Assembly (NCBI GenBank): GCA_050249235.1
Contig: JBFWQW010000005.1
Span: forward strand, 1,044 to 65,043
Source: Acidimicrobiia bacterium
GTDB taxonomy: Bacteria > Actinomycetota > Acidimicrobiia > Acidimicrobiales > CADCSY01
DNA length: 64,000 nt
Direction: 5' to 3'
Position numbers and translations under genes: made by a program. Each line of letters opens with the position of its first letter. Positions within the stretch are counted from its first letter, which is position 1. Below the pieces are notes generated by a model that worked only from the letters and a program-made list of their open reading frames with translations, searched no databases and was not told the origin of the DNA. This document shows positions 18,299 to 27,363 of this stretch, one piece after another.

Positions 18299-19801
18299 TC
18301 AGGCGCCCCGCTTAGCCAGCTCTTCCTTGAGGACCCGCCGAAGCAGCTTGCCCATGTCGTTGTAAGGCAGCTCGCCGCGGAACTCGATGTACTCGGGCAC
18401 ACGGGTCGACCGGAGCCGGTCGCGCACGTGGGCGCAGAGCTCCTCGGCGGTGGCGTCGGTGTGGGTGTGCTGGAGGACGACCGCGGCCGCCACCACCTCG
18501 CCCCACTCCTCGTCGGGGATGCCGACCACACCGGCCTCGGCGACGGCGGGGTGCTCGAGGAGCACCTCCTCGATCTCCCCGGGCGACATGTTCTCGCCGC
18601 CCCGGATGATCACGTCGTCGAGCCGGCCCTCGACGTAGAGGAAGCCGTCCTCGTCGAGGTGGCCTCCGTCGTTCGTGGGGAACCAGCCGTCGGGCCGCAG
18701 GGCCCGCTTGCCGAGGTACTCACCCGACACCTGCTCGCCCCGCACCCAGATCTCGCCCGAGGTGCCGACCGGGACCTCGTGGCCGAGGTCGTCGCGGACC
18801 TCGAGCTCGAGGCTGGGCAGGGGGCGCCCGACGGAGCCGAGGCGGCGGCGGACGGCGATGTCGGTGGCGGCGATCGCCTCGCGGTGGTCGTCCGGCCCGA
18901 GCAGGGCGATGGTGGAGCTGGTCTCCGTGAGCCCGTAGGCGTTCACGAAGTCGACCTTCGGCAGCAGCCGCAGGGCCCGCTCGATGATCGGCACCGGCAT
19001 GACACCGCCGCCGTAGGAGAGGGCCCGGAGCGCCGGCAGCGTCTCCCCGTCGCGCTCCATCACGTCGAGGATCCGCTTCAGCATGGTGGGCACGACCATG
19101 GCGTTGGTGACCGCCTCGTCGCGGGCCGCGGCCACCCACTCCTCCTCGTTGAACGAGGGGAGCTGCACCACCCGGCGGCCGCCGTAGACGCCGGTGAGGA
19201 AGGCCGAGATCGAGGCGATGTGGTAGGGCGGCACGCTGACGAGGGCGCAGTCGTCCTCGTCGGCGCCCATGAACTCCACGGTGGAGATGACGTAGGAGAC
19301 GAGGTGGCGATGGCGCAGGACGGCCGCCTTCGGCTCACCGGTGGTGCCGCTGGTGAACAGCAGGACGGCGATCTCCTCGGGATCGGCGAGCACCGGCTCC
19401 TCGCTCGGCTCGACCTCGTCGAGCTTGGCCAGGAACTCCTCCCGGGTCATGACGGTGAGCCCGTCGATGTCGCCCAGCCGGTCGGGCACGGCGCCGTCGA
19501 CGATGGCGACGGCCGGGACCACCCGCTTGCAGATGGCCTGGAGCTGCTCGTCCTTCAGCCGGTAGTTGAGGGGCACGAAGGGCTTGTCGGCGAACGCCGA
19601 GCCGTACAGCGTGATCGGCACCGTCTCGGTGTTGAGGTCGATCAGCACGACGTGCTCCGCCTCGCTGGCCCGGAAGATCGCGGCGGCCCGCTTCACCTTG
19701 TCGAGCAGGTCGGCGTAGGTGAGCCCACCCGACCTCGAGCCGACCGCGGTGCGGTCGGCGAGGCCGTCGGCGGCCATCTCCAGCAGCATGGCGATGTTCA
19801 T
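18299..19801 (-). CDS. Acyl-CoA synthetase / AMP-dependent ligase (FadD-like)
   Basis: AMP-binding motifs LLFTSGTTGEPKAAV, YGLTETS and TNDGGHLDEDGFLYVEGRLDDVIIRGGENMSP. Confidence 0.9.
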   Translation of the reverse strand: MNIAMLLEMAADGLADRTAVGSRSGGLTYADLLDKVKRAAAIFRASEAEHVVLIDLNTETVPITLYGSAFADKPFVPLNYRLKDEQLQAICKRVVPAVAIVDGAVPDRLGDIDGLTVMTREEFLAKLDEVEPSEEPVLADPEEIAVLLFTSGTTGEPKAAVLRHRHLVSYVISTVEFMGADEDDCALVSVPPYHIASISAFLTGVYGGRRVVQLPSFNEEEWVAAARDEAVTNAMVVPTMLKRILDVMERDGETLPALRALSYGGGVMPVPIIERALRLLPKVDFVNAYGLTETSSTIALLGPDDHREAIAATDIAVRRRLGSVGRPLPSLELEVRDDLGHEVPVGTSGEIWVRGEQVSGEYLGKRALRPDGWFPTNDGGHLDEDGFLYVEGRLDDVIIRGGENMSPGEIEEVLLEHPAVAEAGVVGIPDEEWGEVVAAAVVLQHTHTDATAEELCAHVRDRLRSTRVPEYIEFRGELPYNDMGKLLRRVLKEELAKRGA

Positions 19802-19882
19802 GCGCGTGCGTCCCCCAGAACTCGGATCGGGCGGTCGAGCGTACTTCGGGCCGCGGCGGGCCTCCCCATCCCGACCATCTGA

Positions 19883-19951
19883 CTGGGCGCGGGGCCTGGC
19901 TTACCGGGCGCGGGGCCTGGCTGACCGGGCGCGGAGCCTGGCCGGCCGGGC
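19883..19951. repeat. 21-bp tandem direct repeat, 3 copies plus a partial
   Basis: ctgggcgcggggcctggctta / ccgggcgcggggcctggctga / ccgggcgcggagcctggccgg / ccgggc... The array lies between the stop of the fused ACAD (19965) and the start of the fadD-like gene (19801). Confidence 0.85.
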
Positions 19952-19964
19952 CCCGGACCGGCGG

Positions 19965-22106
19965 TCAGTTGGCCAGCGGGTCGCGGGGCAGGCCGAGGAG
20001 GCGCTCCCCGATCTGGTTGCGGACGATCTCGGACGTGCCGCCGGCGATGGTGAGGGCCCGGGTGAAGATGTAGCTGGCCACCGCGCCGGCTCCCGGCCCC
20101 TCGGCCAGCGCGCCGTCGGCGCCGAGGAGCCGCACCGACAGGTCGGCCACCCGCTGGGCGTGCTCGCCGCTCAGGAGCTTGGTGACGTTGCCCTCGGGCC
20201 CCGGCTCGCCGCCGGCGATGGCCCGCTCGACCGATCGCAGGTTGAGGAGCCGCATGGCCTGCGACTCGGACAGCAGCGCCCCCACGTCCCGGGCCGCGCC
20301 CACGTCGCCGGGATGGCGCTCGAGGAGGGCCAGCAGCTCGGTGCCGGTGCCGGCCCCGGCGCCGCTGCCGATCGACACCCGCTCGTTGCCGAGGGTCGAG
20401 CGGGCCACCTTCCAGCCGGCGTCGACGCCGCCGACGACGTCGTCGTCGGGCACGAAGACCTCGTCGAAGAAGACCTCGGCGAACATGGCCCCGCCGCTCG
20501 CCTCCCGCAGGGGGCGGACCTCGACGCCCTTGGCCTTCATGTCGATCACCATCATCGAGATGCCGTCGTGCTTCGGCTTGTCGGGGTTGGTGCGCACGGT
20601 GGCGAAGCCCCGGCTCGACATCTGGGCCCCGCTGGTCCAGATCTTCTGCCCGGTCACGAGCCACCCGCCGTCCACCCGGGTGCCCCGGGTGCGGATCGAG
20701 GCGGCGTCGGACCCGGCGTCGGGCTCGCTGAAGAGCTGGCACCAGTAGTAGGTGCCCTCCAGGCTCGGGCGGATCCAGCGCTGGATCTGGTCGGGATCGG
20801 CGTGCTGGGTGAGGGTCTGGATGATCCAGCCGCCGATGCCGTACATCGGCTTCTTGACGCCCCGCAGCTCCTCCTCGATGACGAGCTGCTCGACGGCGCC
20901 GGCGGCCCGTCCCCAGGGCTTGGCCCAGTGGGGCATCACGTAGCCGTCGTCGAGGAGCTTGGCCAGCTGCTGGTCCTCGGGGAGGGCGTCGAGCTCGGCC
21001 CGGAAGGCCCGCACCTCGGCCCTGATGGCCTCGGCCTCGGGCGGCAGGCTCACGCCGAAGACCCGGGCCACGCCGGCGCCGACGAGCGCGGCGATCTCCT
21101 CGTGGAGCCGATCGGGCTCGCCCAGGAAGGCCCGCAGGGTGGTGGCCCGGCGCAGGAAGAGGTGGGCGTCGTGCTCCCAGGTGAAGCCGATGCCGCCGTG
21201 CACCTGGATGTTCCGCTTGCCGCAGTCGACGGCGGCACCGATCGCCCGGTCGGCGGCCACCGCGGCGGCCAGGTCGAACTGCTCGCCGAGGCCGTGGGCC
21301 CGGGCCGCGTCCCACGCCGCGGCGACGCCCAGCTCGGCAGCCACGAGCATCTCGGCGCAGTTGTGCTTCACGCCCTGGAACGTGCCGATCACCCGCCCGA
21401 ACTGCTGGCGGACCTTGGCGTACTCGGCGGCCATGTCGGTGGCCGAGCTGGCCAACCCGGCGGCCTCGGCCGCGGCCAGCGCCCGACCGAGCGAGGTGGC
21501 GACGCCGGCGCCGCCCGCGATCGTGGCCGACGGCGTCGCCGCCGCCAGCGAGACGCGGGCCGACCGCCGGGTGAGGTCGAGGCTGGCCTCGGGCGTCACC
21601 GTCACGCCGTCCTGGCCGGCGTCGAGCACGACGAGGTCGTCGCCGACCGCCAGCAGCAGCAGCGACGCCAGCCCGGCGCCCAGCACGACGACGGAGCCCT
21701 CGACGGTGCCGCCGGAGCGGGTGAGGCCGGCGCCGATGCCGACGGCCGCCGTCGTGGAGCCGTCGGCCAGGCCTGGCAGAAGCCGGCTGCGGAGGGCGTC
21801 GTCGCCGGCGTCGTTCACGACGGCCGACGCCCAGACGGTGGTGAGGAAGGGTCCAGGAGCGACGGCCCGGCCGAGCTCGTCGAGCACGATCGCCAGCTCC
21901 GGCAGCCCGTAGCCCGAGCCGCCGTGCTCCTCCGGGAGGTGCAGGCCGAGCCAACCCAGCTCGGCGAGCTCCTTCCAGAAGGGCGGGAGCGTCTCCTCCG
22001 CGGCGTCGAGCAGGGCCCGGGTTGCGGCCCTCGCGTCGACTCCTTCGAGGAAGGACCGGGCGACGGCGGCCAGGTCGCGGTGGTCGTCGGAGATGGCGAT
22101 GGGCAT
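19965..22106 (-). CDS. Fused double acyl-CoA dehydrogenase (two ACAD units in one 713-aa chain)
   Basis: There are two ACAD halves. The N-half ends ...VHGGIGFTWEHDAHLFLRRATTLRAFLGEPDRL, with no GGTxE. The C-half ends ...FTRALTIAGGTSEIVRNQIGERLLGLPRD, with the catalytic-Glu motif present. Confidence 0.9.
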   Translation of the reverse strand: MPIAISDDHRDLAAVARSFLEGVDARAATRALLDAAEETLPPFWKELAELGWLGLHLPEEHGGSGYGLPELAIVLDELGRAVAPGPFLTTVWASAVVNDAGDDALRSRLLPGLADGSTTAAVGIGAGLTRSGGTVEGSVVVLGAGLASLLLLAVGDDLVVLDAGQDGVTVTPEASLDLTRRSARVSLAAATPSATIAGGAGVATSLGRALAAAEAAGLASSATDMAAEYAKVRQQFGRVIGTFQGVKHNCAEMLVAAELGVAAAWDAARAHGLGEQFDLAAAVAADRAIGAAVDCGKRNIQVHGGIGFTWEHDAHLFLRRATTLRAFLGEPDRLHEEIAALVGAGVARVFGVSLPPEAEAIRAEVRAFRAELDALPEDQQLAKLLDDGYVMPHWAKPWGRAAGAVEQLVIEEELRGVKKPMYGIGGWIIQTLTQHADPDQIQRWIRPSLEGTYYWCQLFSEPDAGSDAASIRTRGTRVDGGWLVTGQKIWTSGAQMSSRGFATVRTNPDKPKHDGISMMVIDMKAKGVEVRPLREASGGAMFAEVFFDEVFVPDDDVVGGVDAGWKVARSTLGNERVSIGSGAGAGTGTELLALLERHPGDVGAARDVGALLSESQAMRLLNLRSVERAIAGGEPGPEGNVTKLLSGEHAQRVADLSVRLLGADGALAEGPGAGAVASYIFTRALTIAGGTSEIVRNQIGERLLGLPRDPLAN

Positions 22107-22126
22107 CGGGGGGTCCTTTTCGAGCT

Positions 22127-22179
22127 GCGAGCACCTGCGGAGGTGCTCGCCATGGTGCCGGAAACTTGACCGCGCGGTC
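22127..22179. promoter_or_regulatory. Two palindromes upstream of the fused ACAD (candidate operators, or the terminator of the upstream gene)
   Basis: gcgagcacc-tgcgga-ggtgctcgc (22127-22150, 9-bp arms) and the perfect 12-bp palindrome gaccgcgcggtc (22168-22179). They lie 21-73 nt upstream of ATG 22106 and 28-80 nt downstream of the TylF-like stop. Confidence 0.35.
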
Positions 22180-22206
22180 GAGTCGGGCGCCGGACGGAGC
22201 CGCGGG

Positions 22207-22944
22207 TCAGCCGTCCTTGCGCCAGGCGACCGCGATCCAATCGACGGGCGTCAGCGGGGCGGTGATGCCGCGCCCGGCCCGGTACTCGTCGACGGCTCGG
22301 CGGCAGGGGTCCCAGCCGTTGTAGTCGTCGATGATCACGAAGCCCCCGGGGCTCACCTTCGGCTCGAGCGAGGTGAGCACGTCCATGGTCGACTGGTAGA
22401 GGTCGCCGTCGACCCGCAGCACCGAGAGGGCCTCGATCGGGGCGGCCGGCAGCGTGTCCTCGAACCAGCCCTCGAGCAGTCGCACCCGGTCGTCGAGCAG
22501 CCCGTAGCGGGCGATGTTGGCCCGGACCTCGTCGGCGCCCACCTTGAGGGCGTCGACGCCGGACCAGTCGTAGCCCTCGTCGGCCGGGAACCGGACGGGG
22601 TCGGGGACCGGCAGCCCCTCGAAGGAGTCCGCCCCCCACACCGTGCGGCCCGGGTCGCCGTAGGCCACCAGCACGGCCCGCAGCAGGGCGACGACCCCGC
22701 CCCGCCAGATGCCGCACTCGGCGAAGTCGCCGGGCACGTCCTCCTCGATCGCCGTCCGGGCGCACCCGAGCACGTGGTCGAGGCGGACCCGGCCGATCAT
22801 CGTCTCGGCGGTCGGGGGCCAGTCCCGGCCCTCCGAGCGGACGGCGGGGTCGAGGCCGGGCTCGTCCTGGTCGAGGAAGAGCTCCCGGGTGAGGCACCCG
22901 GCCAGGAGCGAGAGGTAGCGCTCGCCCACCTCGGGGAGGGTCAC
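22207..22944 (-). CDS. Class I SAM-dependent O-methyltransferase, TylF/MycF (macrocin-O-methyltransferase) family
   Basis: GDFAECGIWRGGVVALL..., WGADSFEGLP, LLEGWFEDTLP, LSVLRVDGDLYQST and GGFVIIDDY. Confidence 0.85.
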   Translation of the reverse strand: MTLPEVGERYLSLLAGCLTRELFLDQDEPGLDPAVRSEGRDWPPTAETMIGRVRLDHVLGCARTAIEEDVPGDFAECGIWRGGVVALLRAVLVAYGDPGRTVWGADSFEGLPVPDPVRFPADEGYDWSGVDALKVGADEVRANIARYGLLDDRVRLLEGWFEDTLPAAPIEALSVLRVDGDLYQSTMDVLTSLEPKVSPGGFVIIDDYNGWDPCRRAVDEYRAGRGITAPLTPVDWIAVAWRKDG

Positions 22945-22957
22945 GGCCGCGGGTCGC

Positions 22958-24274
22958 TCACCGGATGAGCGACCGGACGTCGCGGGACGCCGCGACCACC
23001 CCCCGGTCGAGGTAGGCGACGGTGTTGCTCCCGATCTTCTCCAGGTCGTAGCGGTAGTTCACCATGAGACCGAACGACCCCGTCATGCCGTAGTCGGCCG
23101 GGTTGGCGAGCCAGTCGATCCGCTCGACCATGGCCCCGTTGGAGAGGTGGAAGTTGGCCACCTGGTCGAGCGCCCGGCCGCCCACCGGCTGGGTGAGGTA
23201 GCGGGCGGCCAGCGATAGGAGGCCGGGGCGGGCCCGCTCGAGCCACCGCCCGTCGCCGGGGTCGATGCGGTCGCCGAGCGACTCCTTCTCGGCCTGGGAC
23301 AGGTCACCGGCCGAGATGCGGGCCTCGGCCCAGGCCCGGAAGCCCGGGATCGGCGACAGCGTGGCGAACATCCGCAGCTGCGGGAAGTCGCGCTGAAGCT
23401 CCTCCACGACGTGCTTGATGAGCTCGTTGCCGAGGGCGACGCCGGCCAGGCCGGGCTGGCAGTTCGAGATCGAGTAGAAGATCGCCGTGTCGGCGTCGTC
23501 CGGCGCCAGGTTGGTGGCGTCGAGGTCGAGCAGCGGGGGCAGCCGCTCGGCGATGCCGTCGGTGAGGGCGATCTCGACGAAGACGAGGGGCTCGCCCGGC
23601 ATGGCGGGGTGGAAGTAGGCGTAGCACCGGCGGTCGCTGTCCAGCCGGTTGCGGAGGTCGTCCCAACCGGCGATCTCGTGGACCGCCTCGTAGGCCATGA
23701 GCGACTCGAGCACGGCCGCCGGCGTGGCCTCCCAGCTGATGCGCCGGAGCTCGAGGAGGCCGACGTCGAAGAGCGACGACAGGTGGCTGACCAGCTCGTC
23801 GTCGAGGAAGGCGAGGGACGGGTCCTCCCGCCGGACGGGCAGCAGGTCGGCGCGGAGGTCGACGAGGAGCTTCACACCGCCGGGAAGGCCCGTGACCAGC
23901 CGCAGGAAGGCGAGGTGCCGGGGGATGATCGCCTGGCGCATCGTCCGCTCGGCGGCCCGCCGGGACGCGCCGGGCGGGGCCGTCCGGAGCTGCTCCACGG
24001 CGGCGTCGACGGCGGCCTCGTCGACCGAGAAGCGCTCGGCGAGCATCCCCAGGAACCGGCGCCGACCGACGGTGTCCAGCGTGCCGTAGGCGTGCAGGAC
24101 CCGAGCCGCCGAGAGGCGCTGCCCGGCCCGGTCGCGGTGGGCCAGCAGCTCGTCGATCGACCGGGCCAGGCGGTCGAGGTCGGCGTTGTCCAGCGAGGGG
24201 CTGGCGACGAGACCGCCTGAGCGGCGCCGGCGCAGCCGCAGGAACCGGTCGATGACGAGGGGCATGCCCCGCAT
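22958..24274 (-). CDS. Malonyl-CoA decarboxylase
   Basis: RCYAYFHPAMPGEPLVFVEIALT, FYSISNCQPGLAGVALGNELIKHVV, ATLSPIPGFRAW and VANFHLSNGA. I moved the start to ATG 24274 (MRGMPLVI...). The 24358 extension in the track would erase the csoR promoter region. Confidence 0.85.
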   Translation of the reverse strand: MRGMPLVIDRFLRLRRRRSGGLVASPSLDNADLDRLARSIDELLAHRDRAGQRLSAARVLHAYGTLDTVGRRRFLGMLAERFSVDEAAVDAAVEQLRTAPPGASRRAAERTMRQAIIPRHLAFLRLVTGLPGGVKLLVDLRADLLPVRREDPSLAFLDDELVSHLSSLFDVGLLELRRISWEATPAAVLESLMAYEAVHEIAGWDDLRNRLDSDRRCYAYFHPAMPGEPLVFVEIALTDGIAERLPPLLDLDATNLAPDDADTAIFYSISNCQPGLAGVALGNELIKHVVEELQRDFPQLRMFATLSPIPGFRAWAEARISAGDLSQAEKESLGDRIDPGDGRWLERARPGLLSLAARYLTQPVGGRALDQVANFHLSNGAMVERIDWLANPADYGMTGSFGLMVNYRYDLEKIGSNTVAYLDRGVVAASRDVRSLIR

Positions 24275-24350
24275 GTTGGCAAACACCGAGACGCCGTTCG
24301 GCGCAGCCTGCCCAACTGCGCCCGGTCGGCGACTCGCGGGTTGCCATCGG

Positions 24351-24369
24351 TACCCCACCCCGGTATGGT
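24351..24369 (+). promoter_or_regulatory. Candidate CsoR operator overlapping a -10-like hexamer (possible leaderless csoR transcript)
   Basis: TACCCCACCCCGGTA (24351-24365) has TACC/GGTA arms around a C-tract, as in described CsoR operators. TATGGT (24364-24369) ends 6 nt before ATG 24376. Confidence 0.5.
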
Positions 24370-24375
24370 GGTTCC

Positions 24376-24657
24376 ATGCCTGGCTACGAGATGAACAAGG
24401 ACGAGCTCCTCGCCCGTCTCCGCAGGGTGGAGGGCCAGGTACGTGGCCTCCAGCAGATGATCGAGGCCGACCGGTACTGCATCGACGTGCTCACCCAGGT
24501 CTCGGCCGCCACCAAGGCCCTCCAGGGCGTGGCGCTCGGGCTCTTCGACGAGCACCTCCGCCACTGCGTGGCCGACGCCGTCGCGGCGGGCGGCCGGGAT
24601 GCCGACGAGAAGCTCACCGAGGCCAGCGCCGCGGTGGCCCGACTGCTGAGGAGCTGA
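24376..24657 (+). CDS. csoR: Copper-sensing transcriptional repressor, CsoR family
   Basis: RLRRVEGQVRGLQQMIEADRYCIDVLTQVSAATKAL...HLRHCV carries the C-H-C Cu(I) ligand pattern of DUF156/CsoR. Confidence 0.9.
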   Translation: MPGYEMNKDELLARLRRVEGQVRGLQQMIEADRYCIDVLTQVSAATKALQGVALGLFDEHLRHCVADAVAAGGRDADEKLTEASAAVARLLRS

Positions 24658-24660
24658 CCG

Positions 24661-24879
24661 GTGACCACGACCAGGACCACGCTCGTCGTCGTCGGCATGA
24701 CCTGTGCCCACTGCGTCCGGGCCGTCACCGACGAGCTGGGCGGCCTGGCGGGCGTGACGGCCGTCGCCGTCGACCTGCCCACCGGCAGGGTCGAGGTGAC
24801 CGCCGACCGGGCCCTCGACCCCGCCGAGGTCCGGGCCGCGGTGGGCGAGGCCGGCTACGCCCTGGCCGGCGACGGCTAG
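24661..24879 (+). CDS. copZ: Copper chaperone, heavy-metal-associated domain
   Basis: A GMTCAHC motif in a 72-aa ferredoxin-like protein. Confidence 0.9.
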   Translation: MTTTRTTLVVVGMTCAHCVRAVTDELGGLAGVTAVAVDLPTGRVEVTADRALDPAEVRAAVGEAGYALAGDG

Positions 24880-24883
24880 CGGG

Positions 24884-25069
24884 ATGGGTTCGGCGGTGGC
24901 CTTGATCGTGGCGACCCCGGGCCGCAAGCTGGCCGCCTTCGCCGCCATCCTCCTCACCAGCCTGGGCGCCGGCCTCGGGCTCGGCGCCCTCACCCACGGC
25001 GAGGCCGACCGGCGACCGACGGCCCCCTCGATGGACTCGGAGATGGAGCCGTCGGAGCGTCACCCGTGA
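24884..25069 (+). CDS. Small membrane protein of the cop operon (61 aa)
   Basis: Nearly every third codon position is G or C in my reading. One TM helix (LAAFAAILLTSLGAGLGLGAL) is followed by an acidic Met/His-containing tail (THGEADRRPTAPSMDSEMEPSERHP). Its stop overlaps the copA GTG (GTGA). Confidence 0.55.
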   Translation: MGSAVALIVATPGRKLAAFAAILLTSLGAGLGLGALTHGEADRRPTAPSMDSEMEPSERHP

Positions 25070-27345
25070 CGGTCGAGACCACCGGCGACCGCGAGGTGGC
25101 GCTGCGGATCGAGGGCATGACGTGCGCGTCGTGCGCCAGCCGCATCGAGAAGCGGCTGCACCGCATCGAGGGGGTCACCGCCGCGGTCAACCTGGCGACC
25201 GAGCAGGCGCTCGTCCGGTTCCCGCCCGGCGTCTCGACCGACGAGCTCGTGGCCCAGGTCGAGGCGGCGGGCTACCGCGCCACGGTGCCGGTGGTGGCCT
25301 CCGGCCCGCCGGCCGATCCGGGTGGCGACGAGCGGCGCCGGCTCCTCGAGTCGGGTCGCCGCCTCGGGGTCTCGGCCGCCCTGACGGTGCCGGTGGTGAC
25401 GCTGGCCATGGTCCCGGCCCTCCAGCGGGACGGCTGGCAGTGGTGGTCGCTCCTGCTCGCCACCCCGGTCGTCGTCTGGGGCGCGGCGCCCTTCCACCGC
25501 GCCGCGTGGACCAACCTCCGCCACGCCGCCACGACCATGGACACGCTGGTGTCCGTCGGCGTCCTGGCCGCCTACCTCTGGTCCCTCTACGCCCTCGTCA
25601 TCGGCGACGCCGGGCGGGGCGGCATGAGGATGGCCTTCGACCTCCTCCCCGACCGGGCCGCCGGCGCCGACGAGGTCTACTTCGAGGTGGCGGCCGCGGT
25701 CACCGTCTTCATCCTGACCGGCCGGCACCTGGAGGCCAGGGCCAAGCGGCGGGCGGGGGCCGCCCTACGGGCGCTCGCAGAGCTGGGCGCCAGGGACGTG
25801 GCCGTGCTCGACGGCGACGGCCGCGAGCGCCGGATCCCGGTCGACGAGCTCGCCCCCGGCGACCGGTTCGTGGTGCGCCCCGGCGAGAAGGTCGCCACCG
25901 ACGGCGTCGTCGAGGAGGGCACGTCGGCGGTGGACGCCTCCCTGGTCACGGGCGAGTCGGTGCCGATCGAGGTCGGACCGGGCGACGTCGTCGTCGGAGC
26001 CACCCTCAACGCCGGCGGCCGCCTCGTCGTCCGGGCCGAGCGGGTGGGCAGCGACACGAAGCTGGCCCAGATGGCCCGCCTGGTCGAGGCCGCCCAGCTC
26101 GGCAAGGCGGAGGTGCAGCGGCTCGCCGACCGGGTGGCCGGCGTGTTCGTGCCGGTGGTCATGGCCCTGGCGGCCGGCACGCTCGGCTTCTGGATCGGCG
26201 CCGGCGAGCCCACCGCCTTCGCCTTCACCGCCGCGGTGGCGGTGCTGATCATCGCCTGCCCCTGCGCGCTCGGCCTGGCCACGCCGACGGCGCTGCTGGT
26301 CGGCACGGGCCGGGGCGCCCAGCTCGGCATCCTCGTGCGGGGCGCGGAGGTGCTGGAGTCGACCCGCCGCCTCGACACGATCCTCCTCGACAAGACCGGC
26401 ACGGTCACGACCGGGCGCATGGCGCTGGCGGCCGTGCACACCGACCCCGGCACGAGCGAGGACGACGCCCTCCGGCTGGTGGGCGGCCTCGAGGCCGCCA
26501 GCGAGCACCCGGTGGGGCGGGCCATCGCCGCGGCCGCCGCGGCCAGGGCCGTGACCACGGGCACGGACCCGGCCGCCGCCGTCCACGGCTTCGCCAGCCG
26601 GCCCGGCCTGGGCGTCGAGGGCGACGTCACCGACGCCGACGGGACCGCCCGGCACGTCGTCGCCGGACGCCGGGCCCTGGTCGAGTCGCGGGGGCTGGCG
26701 ACGACCGCCGAGCTGGCGGCGGCCGCCGACCGGGCCGAGGCAGCCGGCCAGACCGTGGTGGTGGCGGCCTGGGAGGGTCGGGTCCGGGCCGTGCTCGTGG
26801 TGGCGGACACCGTGCGGCCGAGCTCGCGGCGGGCGGTGGGCGGCCTGCGGGCCCTCGGCCTCCGCCCGGTGCTGCTCACCGGCGACAACGCCCGGGCCGC
26901 CCACGCGGTGGCGGCGGCCGTCGGGATCGACGACGTGATCGCCGAGGTGCTCCCCGAGGACAAGCTCGCCGTGGTGCAGCGGCTGCAGGCCGAGGGGGCG
27001 GTGGTGGCCATGGTCGGCGACGGCGTGAACGACGCCGCCGCCCTGGCTGGGGCCGACCTCGGTCTGGCCATGGGGGCCGGGACCGACGTCGCCAGGGAGG
27101 CCTCCGACCTCACCCTCGTGCGCGACGACCTCACCGCCGCGGTCGACGCCATCCGCCTGGCCCGGCGGACGCTGGCGACGATCAAGGGGAACCTCTTCTG
27201 GGCCTTCGCCTACAACGTGGCCGCCCTGCCGCTGGCCGCGGCGGGGCTGCTCAACCCCCTCGTCGCCGGCGCGGCGATGGCCGCGTCGAGCCTGTTCGTG
27301 GTGACGAACAGCCTCCGCCTGCGCCGCTTCCGCCCGACGGGCTGA
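25066..27345 (+). CDS. copA: Copper-translocating P1B-type ATPase
   Basis: N-terminal HMA domain (GMTCASC), TGESVP, a CPC motif in the TM helix, DKTGTVT, the HP motif (SEHPVG) and GDGVNDAAAL. Confidence 0.95.
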   Translation: MTVETTGDREVALRIEGMTCASCASRIEKRLHRIEGVTAAVNLATEQALVRFPPGVSTDELVAQVEAAGYRATVPVVASGPPADPGGDERRRLLESGRRLGVSAALTVPVVTLAMVPALQRDGWQWWSLLLATPVVVWGAAPFHRAAWTNLRHAATTMDTLVSVGVLAAYLWSLYALVIGDAGRGGMRMAFDLLPDRAAGADEVYFEVAAAVTVFILTGRHLEARAKRRAGAALRALAELGARDVAVLDGDGRERRIPVDELAPGDRFVVRPGEKVATDGVVEEGTSAVDASLVTGESVPIEVGPGDVVVGATLNAGGRLVVRAERVGSDTKLAQMARLVEAAQLGKAEVQRLADRVAGVFVPVVMALAAGTLGFWIGAGEPTAFAFTAAVAVLIIACPCALGLATPTALLVGTGRGAQLGILVRGAEVLESTRRLDTILLDKTGTVTTGRMALAAVHTDPGTSEDDALRLVGGLEAASEHPVGRAIAAAAAARAVTTGTDPAAAVHGFASRPGLGVEGDVTDADGTARHVVAGRRALVESRGLATTAELAAAADRAEAAGQTVVVAAWEGRVRAVLVVADTVRPSSRRAVGGLRALGLRPVLLTGDNARAAHAVAAAVGIDDVIAEVLPEDKLAVVQRLQAEGAVVAMVGDGVNDAAALAGADLGLAMGAGTDVAREASDLTLVRDDLTAAVDAIRLARRTLATIKGNLFWAFAYNVAALPLAAAGLLNPLVAGAAMAASSLFVVTNSLRLRRFRPTG

Positions 27346-27363
27346 CCGCCGCGCCGGCGGCGC

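Noticed and set aside
24275-24358. N-terminal extension of malonyl-CoA decarboxylase back to 24358
   Set aside because: The extension (MGYRWQPASRRPGAVGQAAPNGVSVFAN) is not MCD-like, and it would leave only 17 nt for the divergent csoR promoter and operator. ATG 24274 is preferred.
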